Origin: a virus
Taxonomy: Duplodnaviria; Heunggongvirae; Uroviricota; Caudoviricetes
DNA: 64,000 bases
Strand: one strand, 5' to 3'
Virus record (IMG/VR): IMGVR_UViG_3300028648_000132
The notes below the pieces were generated by a model. The model did no database searches. It was given only the letters and a program-made list of their open reading frames with translations, and was not told the origin of the DNA. Of this stretch, positions 36,511 to 43,294 are shown piece by piece. The position numbers and the translations under genes are program-made. Each line of letters opens with the position of its first letter. The stretch's first letter is position 1.

Positions 36511-36665
36511 AGTTGTGTTGGGTGATGGGGCGAACGTGTGTGTGCTGACCGGGTTTAAGCGCTCTACCAACTGAGCTACAGCCGGGGGTTGGCTGGCGGG
36601 ACTCGAACCCGCGACCTCTCCATTAGCAAGTGGTAACCGATCTGCGTCCTGCTCGCACCATCTGG
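36511..36665 (-). ncRNA. Y-RNA-like ncRNA module 4 (permuted tRNA-like)
   Basis: Conserved motif, T-arm GCGGG-UUCGAGU-CCCGC, an acceptor-like hairpin CAGCC-AACCCCC-GGCUG, then UA and a canonical D-arm GCUC-AGUUGGUA-GAGC. Closing helix GAUGGUGCGAGC / GUUCGCCCCAUC. Confidence 0.5.
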
Positions 36666-36687
36666 TGTTTATGTTGTGGTTTGGGGG

Positions 36688-36808
36688 CGACGTGAACGTG
36701 GTTGGCGCTGGACGGGTTTGGCTCCATTTCCCCGCTTGGCTCGGGGCGTTCTAACTTGAACTACGGGGCGTGGCCCCGAGATAACCGACCTGCATCCTGT
36801 TCACGTCG
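36688..36808 (-). ncRNA. Y-RNA-like ncRNA module 5 (divergent internal hairpins)
   Basis: Perfect 10-bp closing helix CGACGUGAAC / GUUCACGUCG. Carries the conserved motif, but internally has GC hairpins (CUCGGGGC...GCCCCGAG) instead of a clear T/D pair. Confidence 0.4.
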
Positions 36809-36835
36809 TCCGTTGTTTTGTTGTCTGAAAACGAA

Positions 36836-36853
36836 GCTATACCGCGGTATAGC
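36836..36853. promoter_or_regulatory. perfect 18-bp palindrome GCTATACCGCGGTATAGC between the secreted-protein gene and the ncRNA array
   Basis: A hairpin/operator candidate containing the AGCTATAC core. It is followed on the minus strand by a U-rich stretch (UAUAGCUUCGUUUUCAG), so it could act as a terminator for the upstream gene and/or as a promoter/operator for the array. Confidence 0.4.
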
Positions 36854-36907
36854 GGTGCGGCAACAGGATTCCGGGGTGGCTGTATAGCCGCTCGGTAGCC
36901 GCGACCA

Positions 36908-37246
36908 TCACTTTCCGGCGCCAGCGCCTCCGCTCGCCGAGGACCCACCGCTACCTGCGGACCCGCTACCAGCGCTGTTGCCTCCACTTTCACCCGCGCC
37001 TGGACTTGCCGGACCTGTAGGTGGATGGTGTTGGCCCTCAGGGCATTCCGGGTCCTCTGGGGGTTTGTATCCGCCGCCACCTGCTGGGGTGAAGGGTGCG
37101 GGTCGGGCACCCAGGCATGTCTTGGCGTCTGTCGCGGCGTACAGGCAACGCTCTGGGAATGCGGAGGCCGTTGTAGTTGGGAGTGCCGTGAGGGCGGCGA
37201 TGGCGGTAGCAATGAAGGCAATGCGTTTTGCACTAAGGCTTTTCAT
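36908..37246 (-). CDS. small secreted protein (signal peptide, Gly/Ser/Pro-rich)
   Basis: Start at MKSLSAKRIAFIATAIAALTALPTTTASA, a predicted signal peptide. 112 aa. The upstream 111 codons of the track ORF are artefact. Sits next to a divergent promoter region. Confidence 0.55.
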   Translation of the reverse strand: MKSLSAKRIAFIATAIAALTALPTTTASAFPERCLYAATDAKTCLGARPAPFTPAGGGGYKPPEDPECPEGQHHPPTGPASPGAGESGGNSAGSGSAGSGGSSASGGAGAGK

Positions 37247-37256
37247 GACTCGAAAC

Positions 37257-37320
37257 GTATATAGAGCTATACACATAAGCAAGGCTGTTACGGCTTGTTC
37301 TTTCGTATAGTGAGCTATAC
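37257..37320. promoter_or_regulatory. divergent promoter/operator region with two GTATA(T/G)-N4-CTATAC palindromes
   Basis: GTATATAGAGCTATAC at 37257-37272 and GTATAGTGAGCTATAC at 37305-37320, with the shared 10-mer GAGCTATACA. Both lie between the minus-strand secreted-protein gene and the plus-strand island. TATAGT/TATAGC are -10-like. Confidence 0.4.
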
Positions 37321-37330
37321 ATTCTGAGTC

Positions 37331-37582
37331 ATGGCAAGAGTGACACTCACAGCGAAAGCGCGGATGCGCGCCAACAAGCGCCGCGTCATGTCGGCACTCC
37401 GCAACGCCGGTATGCCGCTCCTGGTCGACAACCGCGACGGCATCTGGCGCCTCTATTTCATCGGCACCGACGACACCGGTGTCGAGCTGGAGCTGATCCT
37501 GGTCCCACACGCCACCCAGGACTGGACCTGGGTATGTATCCACGCCATGCCCACCAAGTACCGGAAAGGAGGGGCACAATGA
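37331..37582 (+). CDS. putative BrnT-like (DUF4258-like) toxin
   Basis: 83 aa. N-terminal LTAKARMRANKRRVMSALRNAG resembles the HAxeRMxeRgIs opening of DUF4258/BrnT toxins. First gene of the plus-strand island; its stop overlaps the next ATG (ATGA). Confidence 0.4.
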   Translation: MARVTLTAKARMRANKRRVMSALRNAGMPLLVDNRDGIWRLYFIGTDDTGVELELILVPHATQDWTWVCIHAMPTKYRKGGAQ

Positions 37583-37773
37583 CCCTCATGAGCAGTCACA
37601 GCGAAGCCGACCTCAAGCGCCTCACCTTCGGCGATGACCTGGTCGTCGACGACATCGACCTCGACAAGGACGAGTTCCTTGTCGGCGACGGCGTCCGGCT
37701 GACCAACGACGCGGCAGACAAGATGGCCGATGAGACTTTGGCCGAGGTCCGACGCCAGAACATCCGACCGTGA
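37579..37773 (+). CDS. putative BrnA-like (DUF4415-like) antitoxin
   Basis: 64 aa from MTLMSSHSEADLKRLTFGDDLVVDDIDLDKDEF. The DDIDLDKDEF segment resembles BrnA N-terminal motifs. Translationally coupled to the upstream gene. Confidence 0.35.
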   Translation: MTLMSSHSEADLKRLTFGDDLVVDDIDLDKDEFLVGDGVRLTNDAADKMADETLAEVRRQNIRP

Positions 37774-38105
37774 CCGGCCCTGACGTCGCTGCACCGCGGG
37801 ACATCGTTGCCGACAGCCTCGGTGGTGGATGGCCACAGGCAGATGCTGCACTGGACGCGCTCGACCGCGCCGGATATGCCGTAGTAGCCAAGGTGTGGGT
37901 CGCGCAACTCGAACTGATCGAGCACCGCGGCGGTTGGATCGGCGTCTACGTCACCCCAGAAGGCGCCGCCGCGGCCCTGGTCAAGTGGGCGCGCGGTGTT
38001 GGCGTCCCGATCGAGCACTACGACCCTGCGACCGGGTCAGAAATACTGGACGAACACCCCGAGATAGAAACGTACGGCGTCTCATATGTGGAGGTGGAGC
38101 GATGA
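37770..38105 (+). CDS. hypothetical protein
   Basis: 111-aa ORF in the plus-strand island. Confidence 0.45.
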   Translation: MTGPDVAAPRDIVADSLGGGWPQADAALDALDRAGYAVVAKVWVAQLELIEHRGGWIGVYVTPEGAAAALVKWARGVGVPIEHYDPATGSEILDEHPEIETYGVSYVEVER

Positions 38106-38410
38106 AGTGGACCTGCGAGCGGCCCGGCCGCTGGACCGGCACCGACGGCGCCAACACCGCCACCGCCATACGCATGCGCGAAGGCATGATCGGCTGCAAC
38201 GAATGGATGTGGGTCACTAAGGTCAACGGCGAGCACATCACCAATGCGGATGGGCTCCGCGAGGCGAAGCGGGCTGTGTCCGAGCGACTTAGCGGCACAA
38301 ACCTACATGCCGCGCGACGAGCCGCTGCCGAGCAAGGCGCGGCAATCGGTGAACGTCAACGACTAGGGCTGGCGCCAACCCGTGCGGAGATCACCCGTGC
38401 AGAATCGTGA
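38102..38410 (+). CDS. hypothetical protein
   Basis: ATG at 38102 overlaps the previous stop (ATGA). The upstream 91 codons of the track ORF are Arg-rich artefact. Confidence 0.45.
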   Translation: MKWTCERPGRWTGTDGANTATAIRMREGMIGCNEWMWVTKVNGEHITNADGLREAKRAVSERLSGTNLHAARRAAAEQGAAIGERQRLGLAPTRAEITRAES

Positions 38411-38600
38411 ACTCATAGAGCAGGCCGTGAGCGAATACGGGTGGGCAACTGAGAAACCCACCATCTACGCGCCGATGTTGTACAAGTACACCAAGGCAGG
38501 CCGCCATCCGGTGCTGGTTATCTACGACATCCACGGCGATCTGGACGGCGAGATGATTGTGACGGCCGACGAAATCGTGGCTGAACTGTCCAGCAACTAA
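38397..38600 (+). CDS. hypothetical protein
   Basis: GTG start at 38397 (VQNRELIEQAVSEYGW...). Its end converges on the stop of the minus-strand early operon at 38597. Confidence 0.4.
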   Translation: MQNRELIEQAVSEYGWATEKPTIYAPMLYKYTKAGRHPVLVIYDIHGDLDGEMIVTADEIVAELSSN

Positions 38601-39031
38601 ACGTCATCCGGCGGCCAGTAGATACGGGCGTCCAACCGCTGCTGCTCCTCGGGGGTTGTGGGTGCTGGCGGGTCGTTGTTCCGCATGTAGCGCTCCCACG
38701 CGGAACGGCGGCGAGTCTCGGCGTGGTGCTTCTCAGCGGCCTTCCGGGCGGCGCGTAGGTCGTTGCCGCAGTAGAGGTCCCGGGATGACGTAATAGCGTC
38801 CCAGTCGGTCGACCCTGGCGCGTATTCAGTGATCCAGCAGCGTTTGACTATCTCGGTGGTGGTGTTGGTCGGCGGGTCCCAGAGGGTGTACCCGGTTGTT
38901 CGCGGCAACAGGGTGTAGGTCCCGCCGACTTCGTCGCGGTGGTGGGCGACCCACAACCAGCGGCCCTTGTGCCAACGGTCCTCGACTCGTTTCCATGCCA
39001 GGGTGACGTCGACGAAGGCGATGCCGGTCAT
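38597..39031 (-). CDS. hypothetical protein
   Basis: ATG at 39031 overlaps the upstream stop (ATGA). 144 aa. Last gene of the early operon. Confidence 0.45.
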   Translation of the reverse strand: MTGIAFVDVTLAWKRVEDRWHKGRWLWVAHHRDEVGGTYTLLPRTTGYTLWDPPTNTTTEIVKRCWITEYAPGSTDWDAITSSRDLYCGNDLRAARKAAEKHHAETRRRSAWERYMRNNDPPAPTTPEEQQRLDARIYWPPDDV

Positions 39032-39372
39032 GCTGTTCCGCCACTTTGGGGTATCTCGATGGCCGACGCCACCATGTACTTGACCTCTGCCATGTGCCGC
39101 TCGAACCGTTCGCGCTGGGCTTTCTCGTAGGGGCGTTCTACGCGTTGGGTTGGCCAGTCGGGCTCCATGATGCGGCGTTGGGCCTCGGCTTCGGCGGCCT
39201 CCATGACGCCGGTGATCCACCTGCCGTCGTTGATCAATGGCCGGGCGTCGGCGGGCAGCGTCTCCACCGTGTCGCGGCCATTGGTGGACGGTTCGCATTT
39301 GTAGAAGCCGCCCCAGTTGTCGAGCTGCCAGAAGATCTGGCCTGACGGGGTGGCCCATAGTTCCCAGATCAT
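39028..39372 (-). CDS. hypothetical protein
   Basis: 114-aa ORF. Confidence 0.45.
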   Translation of the reverse strand: MIWELWATPSGQIFWQLDNWGGFYKCEPSTNGRDTVETLPADARPLINDGRWITGVMEAAEAEAQRRIMEPDWPTQRVERPYEKAQRERFERHMAEVKYMVASAIEIPQSGGTA

Positions 39373-39794
39373 GCGCTGGTGCCTCCCTGTCGGCGGACGC
39401 GTTGACGGGTCAGGTAGGACAGCACGTCGGCGACGTTGTATTCCGGTTTGCCTTCCTGCCCTGCCCGTTCGGTTATGCCGTCACCCAGTCCTTTTCGGCG
39501 CCTGTATGCCCAGTTTCGGACCTGGTGCTCGGTGAGTTGGACGATGTGGGCGAGGTGGATGACGAGGTCGGCGGCCGACAACCACGCCTCCTGGTCGACA
39601 GGGGCGACAGATGGCACCGCCCAGTAGACGCCGAGGTCTTGCCAGTACCTGTCACGTTCTATGAGGGCCTGCATTGGGTCGATGATGCGTCCGGCCGCGA
39701 CGTCTTCAAGGAGCTGGCGGTAGGACAGGGCGACACGTTTCGCCTTGTCCTCGCGGCTGTCGCCGGTCCACTTCCAAACCTTCTGATCAGTCAT
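39369..39794 (-). CDS. HTH DNA-binding protein (MerR/Xis-like)
   Basis: 141 aa with an HTH stretch LAHIVQLTEHQVRNWAYRRR. Confidence 0.45.
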   Translation of the reverse strand: MTDQKVWKWTGDSREDKAKRVALSYRQLLEDVAAGRIIDPMQALIERDRYWQDLGVYWAVPSVAPVDQEAWLSAADLVIHLAHIVQLTEHQVRNWAYRRRKGLGDGITERAGQEGKPEYNVADVLSYLTRQRVRRQGGTSA

Positions 39795-39877
39795 AGTCGT
39801 GCCCTATCGCTGGGCTGCGGCACACGTGGTGTGTCCCGTCTCTGGGTTCCATGGAAGCAGGTGCCGGGTACGCGGTT

Positions 39878-40198
39878 TCATGCGTCGCTGCTCCGTCCGC
39901 CGAAGGTCAGCAGGATGCCAGCCATGGTGAGCCAGTCGTGCGCTGTCTCGCCGTCGTTGATGCGGTTGAGCATTTGGTCGACCAGCATCAGGCACAGGCG
40001 TCGGCGGGCCGGGTAGGTAACCCAGCGTTGGCGCGGGAACTGCGGTACCTGCGTGACGGTGTCGGCGCATACCAGCGCGGTGTCGACGGTGTACTTGGTT
40101 GGCGGGGACAGCATGTCCAGCCAGTCGGAGAAGTCTGGCATAGCTGGGATGCTGGCGGCCACGGCCTCGGCGTACCGGCGGTAGACCCGGGTCTCCAT
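39878..40198 (-). CDS. hypothetical protein
   Basis: Start at METRVYRRYAE. The upstream part of the track ORF is artefact. Confidence 0.4.
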   Translation of the reverse strand: METRVYRRYAEAVAASIPAMPDFSDWLDMLSPPTKYTVDTALVCADTVTQVPQFPRQRWVTYPARRRLCLMLVDQMLNRINDGETAHDWLTMAGILLTFGGRSSDA

Positions 40199-40227
40199 AA
40201 CGTGCAGGTCCTCCACCGCGGCGCCGG

Positions 40228-40584
40228 TCACGTGGTCCGCCCGGCGCTGACGACCTTGTGCCGGGTGATGCTGCGGTAGTCCCACGACCCCGGCTCCAGC
40301 CCTGAATACCACGCCTGGGCGGTGCTCTCGTCACCGAACACCACTTGCAGCCGGGAGCCGCCCTGGAGGGCGGTGCCGCCGCCCTGGTACCCCAACCAGA
40401 CCTCCTGCGTGGTGCCCTGGTTGGCAGCGAACCGGAGGAAGGCGGCGTAACAGGTGGCGCACCACCAGTACTTCTCACCCTTGGCGCCTGCGTGCGCGCC
40501 GCGCTCATAGTCCCGGGAACTGGTGGACTCGGACCCGCACCGGTCGCATTTGTAGATCGTGCTGACGACCGTCTGGACACCCAT
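40228..40584 (-). CDS. zinc-ribbon protein
   Basis: 118 aa with CDRCGS...CATC. Confidence 0.45.
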   Translation of the reverse strand: MGVQTVVSTIYKCDRCGSESTSSRDYERGAHAGAKGEKYWWCATCYAAFLRFAANQGTTQEVWLGYQGGGTALQGGSRLQVVFGDESTAQAWYSGLEPGSWDYRSITRHKVVSAGRTT

Positions 40585-41621
40585 CAGTTGCCGCCCGACG
40601 GTGTGGTCTGCCGCTGCTCGGGTGTCTGGTGCGGTACCAGCCCGTCGTTGAGGATCGTGGTCACCTTGTCCACGACCAGCCGTCCGGCGCCTGCCTCGTC
40701 CAGCAGTGGCTCGTCGGCGACACGCTGGACCATCTCGTTAATGCCGTCGAGGCGCCAGTATGCCTCGGCTAGTAGGTGTTTGAGTTGGTCGAGTAGTTGC
40801 ATGTTCTTCTCCCGTTCTTCGAGTTCGCGCATGAGGTCGATGACGCCACGCTGGAGCCAGGGGTATTCCCGTTCCCCGTATGTCCGGCCGCAGGTGGTGC
40901 AGTCGTATTGGCTGGTGCCGTCCCAGCGGCCGACGGTGTATGCGCCGCACTGCTGGCCGTCCCGTTTGACCGCGGGGCAGGGCATGGCGGAGTGGTGTCG
41001 GAGACGGGGTAGGCCGAGGGCCTGATAGACGTTGCGGGACAGCTCGATTAGTTGGAGGGCTATGTCGATGCCGTCGCGGTCTACGAGGTGGCGGGGTTGC
41101 CCGTGCTGGGGATGCCAGCCCTCGTCGCCGTCGGGTACGCGGCCCCAGACGAGCATGGGTTGGGCGGGCTGGGCTAGGAGTACGTCCAGGTTTTCGCTGA
41201 CGACGGCGACGGAGCGGGCGACTACCTGGCGTTGGTGGACGGTGAAGCCCTGGCGGCCGTGGCGCTGCCTGCCGGTCAGGTTCATCGCGTGCTCCACCAT
41301 TTCCGCGGCCCGGTCGGCGGTCTCGACGATGTCGCGTTGGAGTGCGTCGCGTTGGGTGTTGAGGTTGATGGCTGCGGTGGCGGTCATGGTGACACGAGCG
41401 CGGTCGACGTACACACGTTCGCCGATGCCCTCGTGGAGCCGGTCCCAGTCCCGGGGTAGTCCGTTCACGGCGTACCGGAGGCGGGTTAGGCAGCCGCCGC
41501 AGACCACACCGTCGGCAATGAGTTGGCCGGAGGGTGCGTCGTCTTCGTCGACGACGGTTGACCAGTCGTGATTGATGCATCGGTGTCCGAACGCGCAGCG
41601 GTGCGGATCACGTTGCGTCAC
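40584..41621 (-). CDS. hypothetical Cys-rich protein (346 aa)
   Basis: GTG at 41621 overlaps the upstream stop (GTGA). Multiple CxxC pairs. Confidence 0.45.
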   Translation of the reverse strand: MTQRDPHRCAFGHRCINHDWSTVVDEDDAPSGQLIADGVVCGGCLTRLRYAVNGLPRDWDRLHEGIGERVYVDRARVTMTATAAINLNTQRDALQRDIVETADRAAEMVEHAMNLTGRQRHGRQGFTVHQRQVVARSVAVVSENLDVLLAQPAQPMLVWGRVPDGDEGWHPQHGQPRHLVDRDGIDIALQLIELSRNVYQALGLPRLRHHSAMPCPAVKRDGQQCGAYTVGRWDGTSQYDCTTCGRTYGEREYPWLQRGVIDLMRELEEREKNMQLLDQLKHLLAEAYWRLDGINEMVQRVADEPLLDEAGAGRLVVDKVTTILNDGLVPHQTPEQRQTTPSGGN

Positions 41622-41944
41622 AGGGTTACTCCTATCAGGCAGTCGAGGTGGATGTAGTCGTGGTTGGGCACAAGGACGTTTGGCACGGGTGGCCCGGTCA
41701 GGACGGGTATGCATCGTTGGTCGTCGTCGATCTGCTGGCCGCACCTGAGACAGGCTGTCGCGGGCAGCTCCTGGCCTGGTTCAAGGAACCAGATGCGGCC
41801 CTGGTGTTTGATCCAGCGGCGCCCGCACCCCGGGCACGTCCAGCCGTAGCCTTGCAACACCATGGCCACGTCCGGGGTGTACTGGCCGCAACCGCACAGG
41901 ACGGGTGCGCCTGCGCTGCTCACTGCGCCTCGTCCTGTTCCCAT
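41618..41944 (-). CDS. zinc-ribbon protein
   Basis: Start at MGTGRGAVSS (an alternative start is 41862). Motifs CGCG...CPGCG...CLRCG. Confidence 0.4.
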   Translation of the reverse strand: MGTGRGAVSSAGAPVLCGCGQYTPDVAMVLQGYGWTCPGCGRRWIKHQGRIWFLEPGQELPATACLRCGQQIDDDQRCIPVLTGPPVPNVLVPNHDYIHLDCLIGVTL

Positions 41945-42372
41945 GAATTGCGGCACGTGATGCAGGTGCGGAGGACGTACCTGCGGTGCGGGAACTCGGC
42001 GGTTAGCGGGCTGTCCCACCACGTCTCGTATTCGGGTATCTCGACCTGGTGCGCTGCCTGGGTGTCGCATTGGGTGCAGGTGTCGAAGGCATGGAATTGC
42101 AGAGCGATTCGGTATGGGTGGGTCTTGCGTGCGAACCAGTGGCCGTCGTTGTCGCGGGCTTTCGGCGGCCATACGGCGATCTCCACTATGGTGCCGGTGA
42201 CGTTGAAGGGCAGGTCCAGGATGTCGCCGGGGTGCAGGGTGTCGGTCAGCCTGGCGCGGACCAAGTCGTCGTGTGCGAGGTTCAGGCGGAAGGGTATTGG
42301 CCACTTCTTACCGTTGCGGTGCAACGTAACTGGGGTGGTCGGATCGTCCAGACGAACGGTCTGATAGGTCAC
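41920..42372 (-). CDS. hypothetical protein with a C-terminal zinc ribbon
   Basis: GTG at 42372 overlaps the upstream stop (GTGA). Confidence 0.45.
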   Translation of the reverse strand: MTYQTVRLDDPTTPVTLHRNGKKWPIPFRLNLAHDDLVRARLTDTLHPGDILDLPFNVTGTIVEIAVWPPKARDNDGHWFARKTHPYRIALQFHAFDTCTQCDTQAAHQVEIPEYETWWDSPLTAEFPHRRYVLRTCITCRNSWEQDEAQ

Positions 42373-42980
42373 TGCTGCCTCCAAGTCTGTCCACACTCCG
42401 TGCACTCCCGGGTAACCGAGCCGGGGTCCTGGGTGCATGGCTGTATGTAGTGGGTGTTGATGAATCCGCAACGGGGGCAGGCGCATTGTGCGGCGAACTC
42501 AGATACGCGGTAGGTGTCGGGTCGGGTCGGTTTGGCTATCTCGGGTGCGCCTAGGACCTTGTATCCCTGGCCGAGCCAGAGGTATGCAACCTCGCTCGTG
42601 CGGTCCCACCACCACTTGCCGATGTGGTCGGTGGCGGCGTTGACCATGCTGGGCAACTCGTCGTAGGAGTCGACCTCGCCGAACATGTACAGGGGCTGGC
42701 CAGTACCGGAGCGGGCAAGTAGTGCACGCCGTAGCGGGTTCGGTTCGACTCCGACCCAGCGCTGGCCGCCGATGTTCACGTCGCCGACGATGGTGTGTGC
42801 GGCGATGCTGCCGCGGCTGGCCTGCACCGTGATGGTCCCGCCAGCCTGGATCGCGACGGAATTGTCTCCGGAGATCTGGATCTGGTTGCCACGTCGGCGC
42901 AGTCCGAGCGTCAACAGGTATGCGGTGAATCCGCCACTAGCCGCAAGGAATAGCGCCATGGCCTCAAGAAGCACGCTCAC
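42369..42980 (-). CDS. membrane-anchored protein with a C-terminal zinc ribbon
   Basis: GTG at 42980 overlaps the upstream stop. N-terminal TM helix VLLEAMALFLAASGGFTAYLLTLGL. C-terminal CACPRCG...CTECG. Confidence 0.45.
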   Translation of the reverse strand: MSVLLEAMALFLAASGGFTAYLLTLGLRRRGNQIQISGDNSVAIQAGGTITVQASRGSIAAHTIVGDVNIGGQRWVGVEPNPLRRALLARSGTGQPLYMFGEVDSYDELPSMVNAATDHIGKWWWDRTSEVAYLWLGQGYKVLGAPEIAKPTRPDTYRVSEFAAQCACPRCGFINTHYIQPCTQDPGSVTRECTECGQTWRQQ

Positions 42981-43294
42981 GACGCCAACCCCCGCGGCCG
43001 GTTGTTGATGCGCGCTAGCTCCATGCCCTGTCGCTCCAGTTCCTCCCGCTCTGCCGCGCGCAGGTACGCGCTCTGCAACTGGAGGACGACGTGCCGGATG
43101 GCGTCCTGCTGGGTGTCGACGCAGGCGATGGGGTGCTGCTCCCACGGCCGCCATATGCACCATTGCGGCGACGCGGCGAGCACGTCGTCAGGTCGCGCGG
43201 ACCAGTCGCGACGCTGCCAGGGTGTCTGTTCACCGTCCTGTGCTTTGCGTATGCGCCAACGCTTTAGCTGCTCCGGAGTCCACTCACGGTGCAT
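42977..43294 (-). CDS. hypothetical protein
   Basis: Start at MHREWTPEQLKRW. The upstream Ser/Thr/Arg-rich 114 codons are artefact. Confidence 0.4.
   Translation of the reverse strand: MHREWTPEQLKRWRIRKAQDGEQTPWQRRDWSARPDDVLAASPQWCIWRPWEQHPIACVDTQQDAIRHVVLQLQSAYLRAAEREELERQGMELARINNRPRGLAS

Noticed and set aside
36049-36700. Cluster of canonical tRNA genes, suggested by multiple GGTTCGAATCC-type T-loops and GCTCAGTTGGTAGAGC D-arms
   Set aside because: None of the elements has acceptor strands at its 5'/3' ends, and none has a normal anticodon arm in the right place. The acceptor-like helices are closed by loops, and the T-arm precedes the D-arm. They fold as permuted tRNA-like domains on long closing stems (Y-RNA-like), not as cloverleaf tRNAs.
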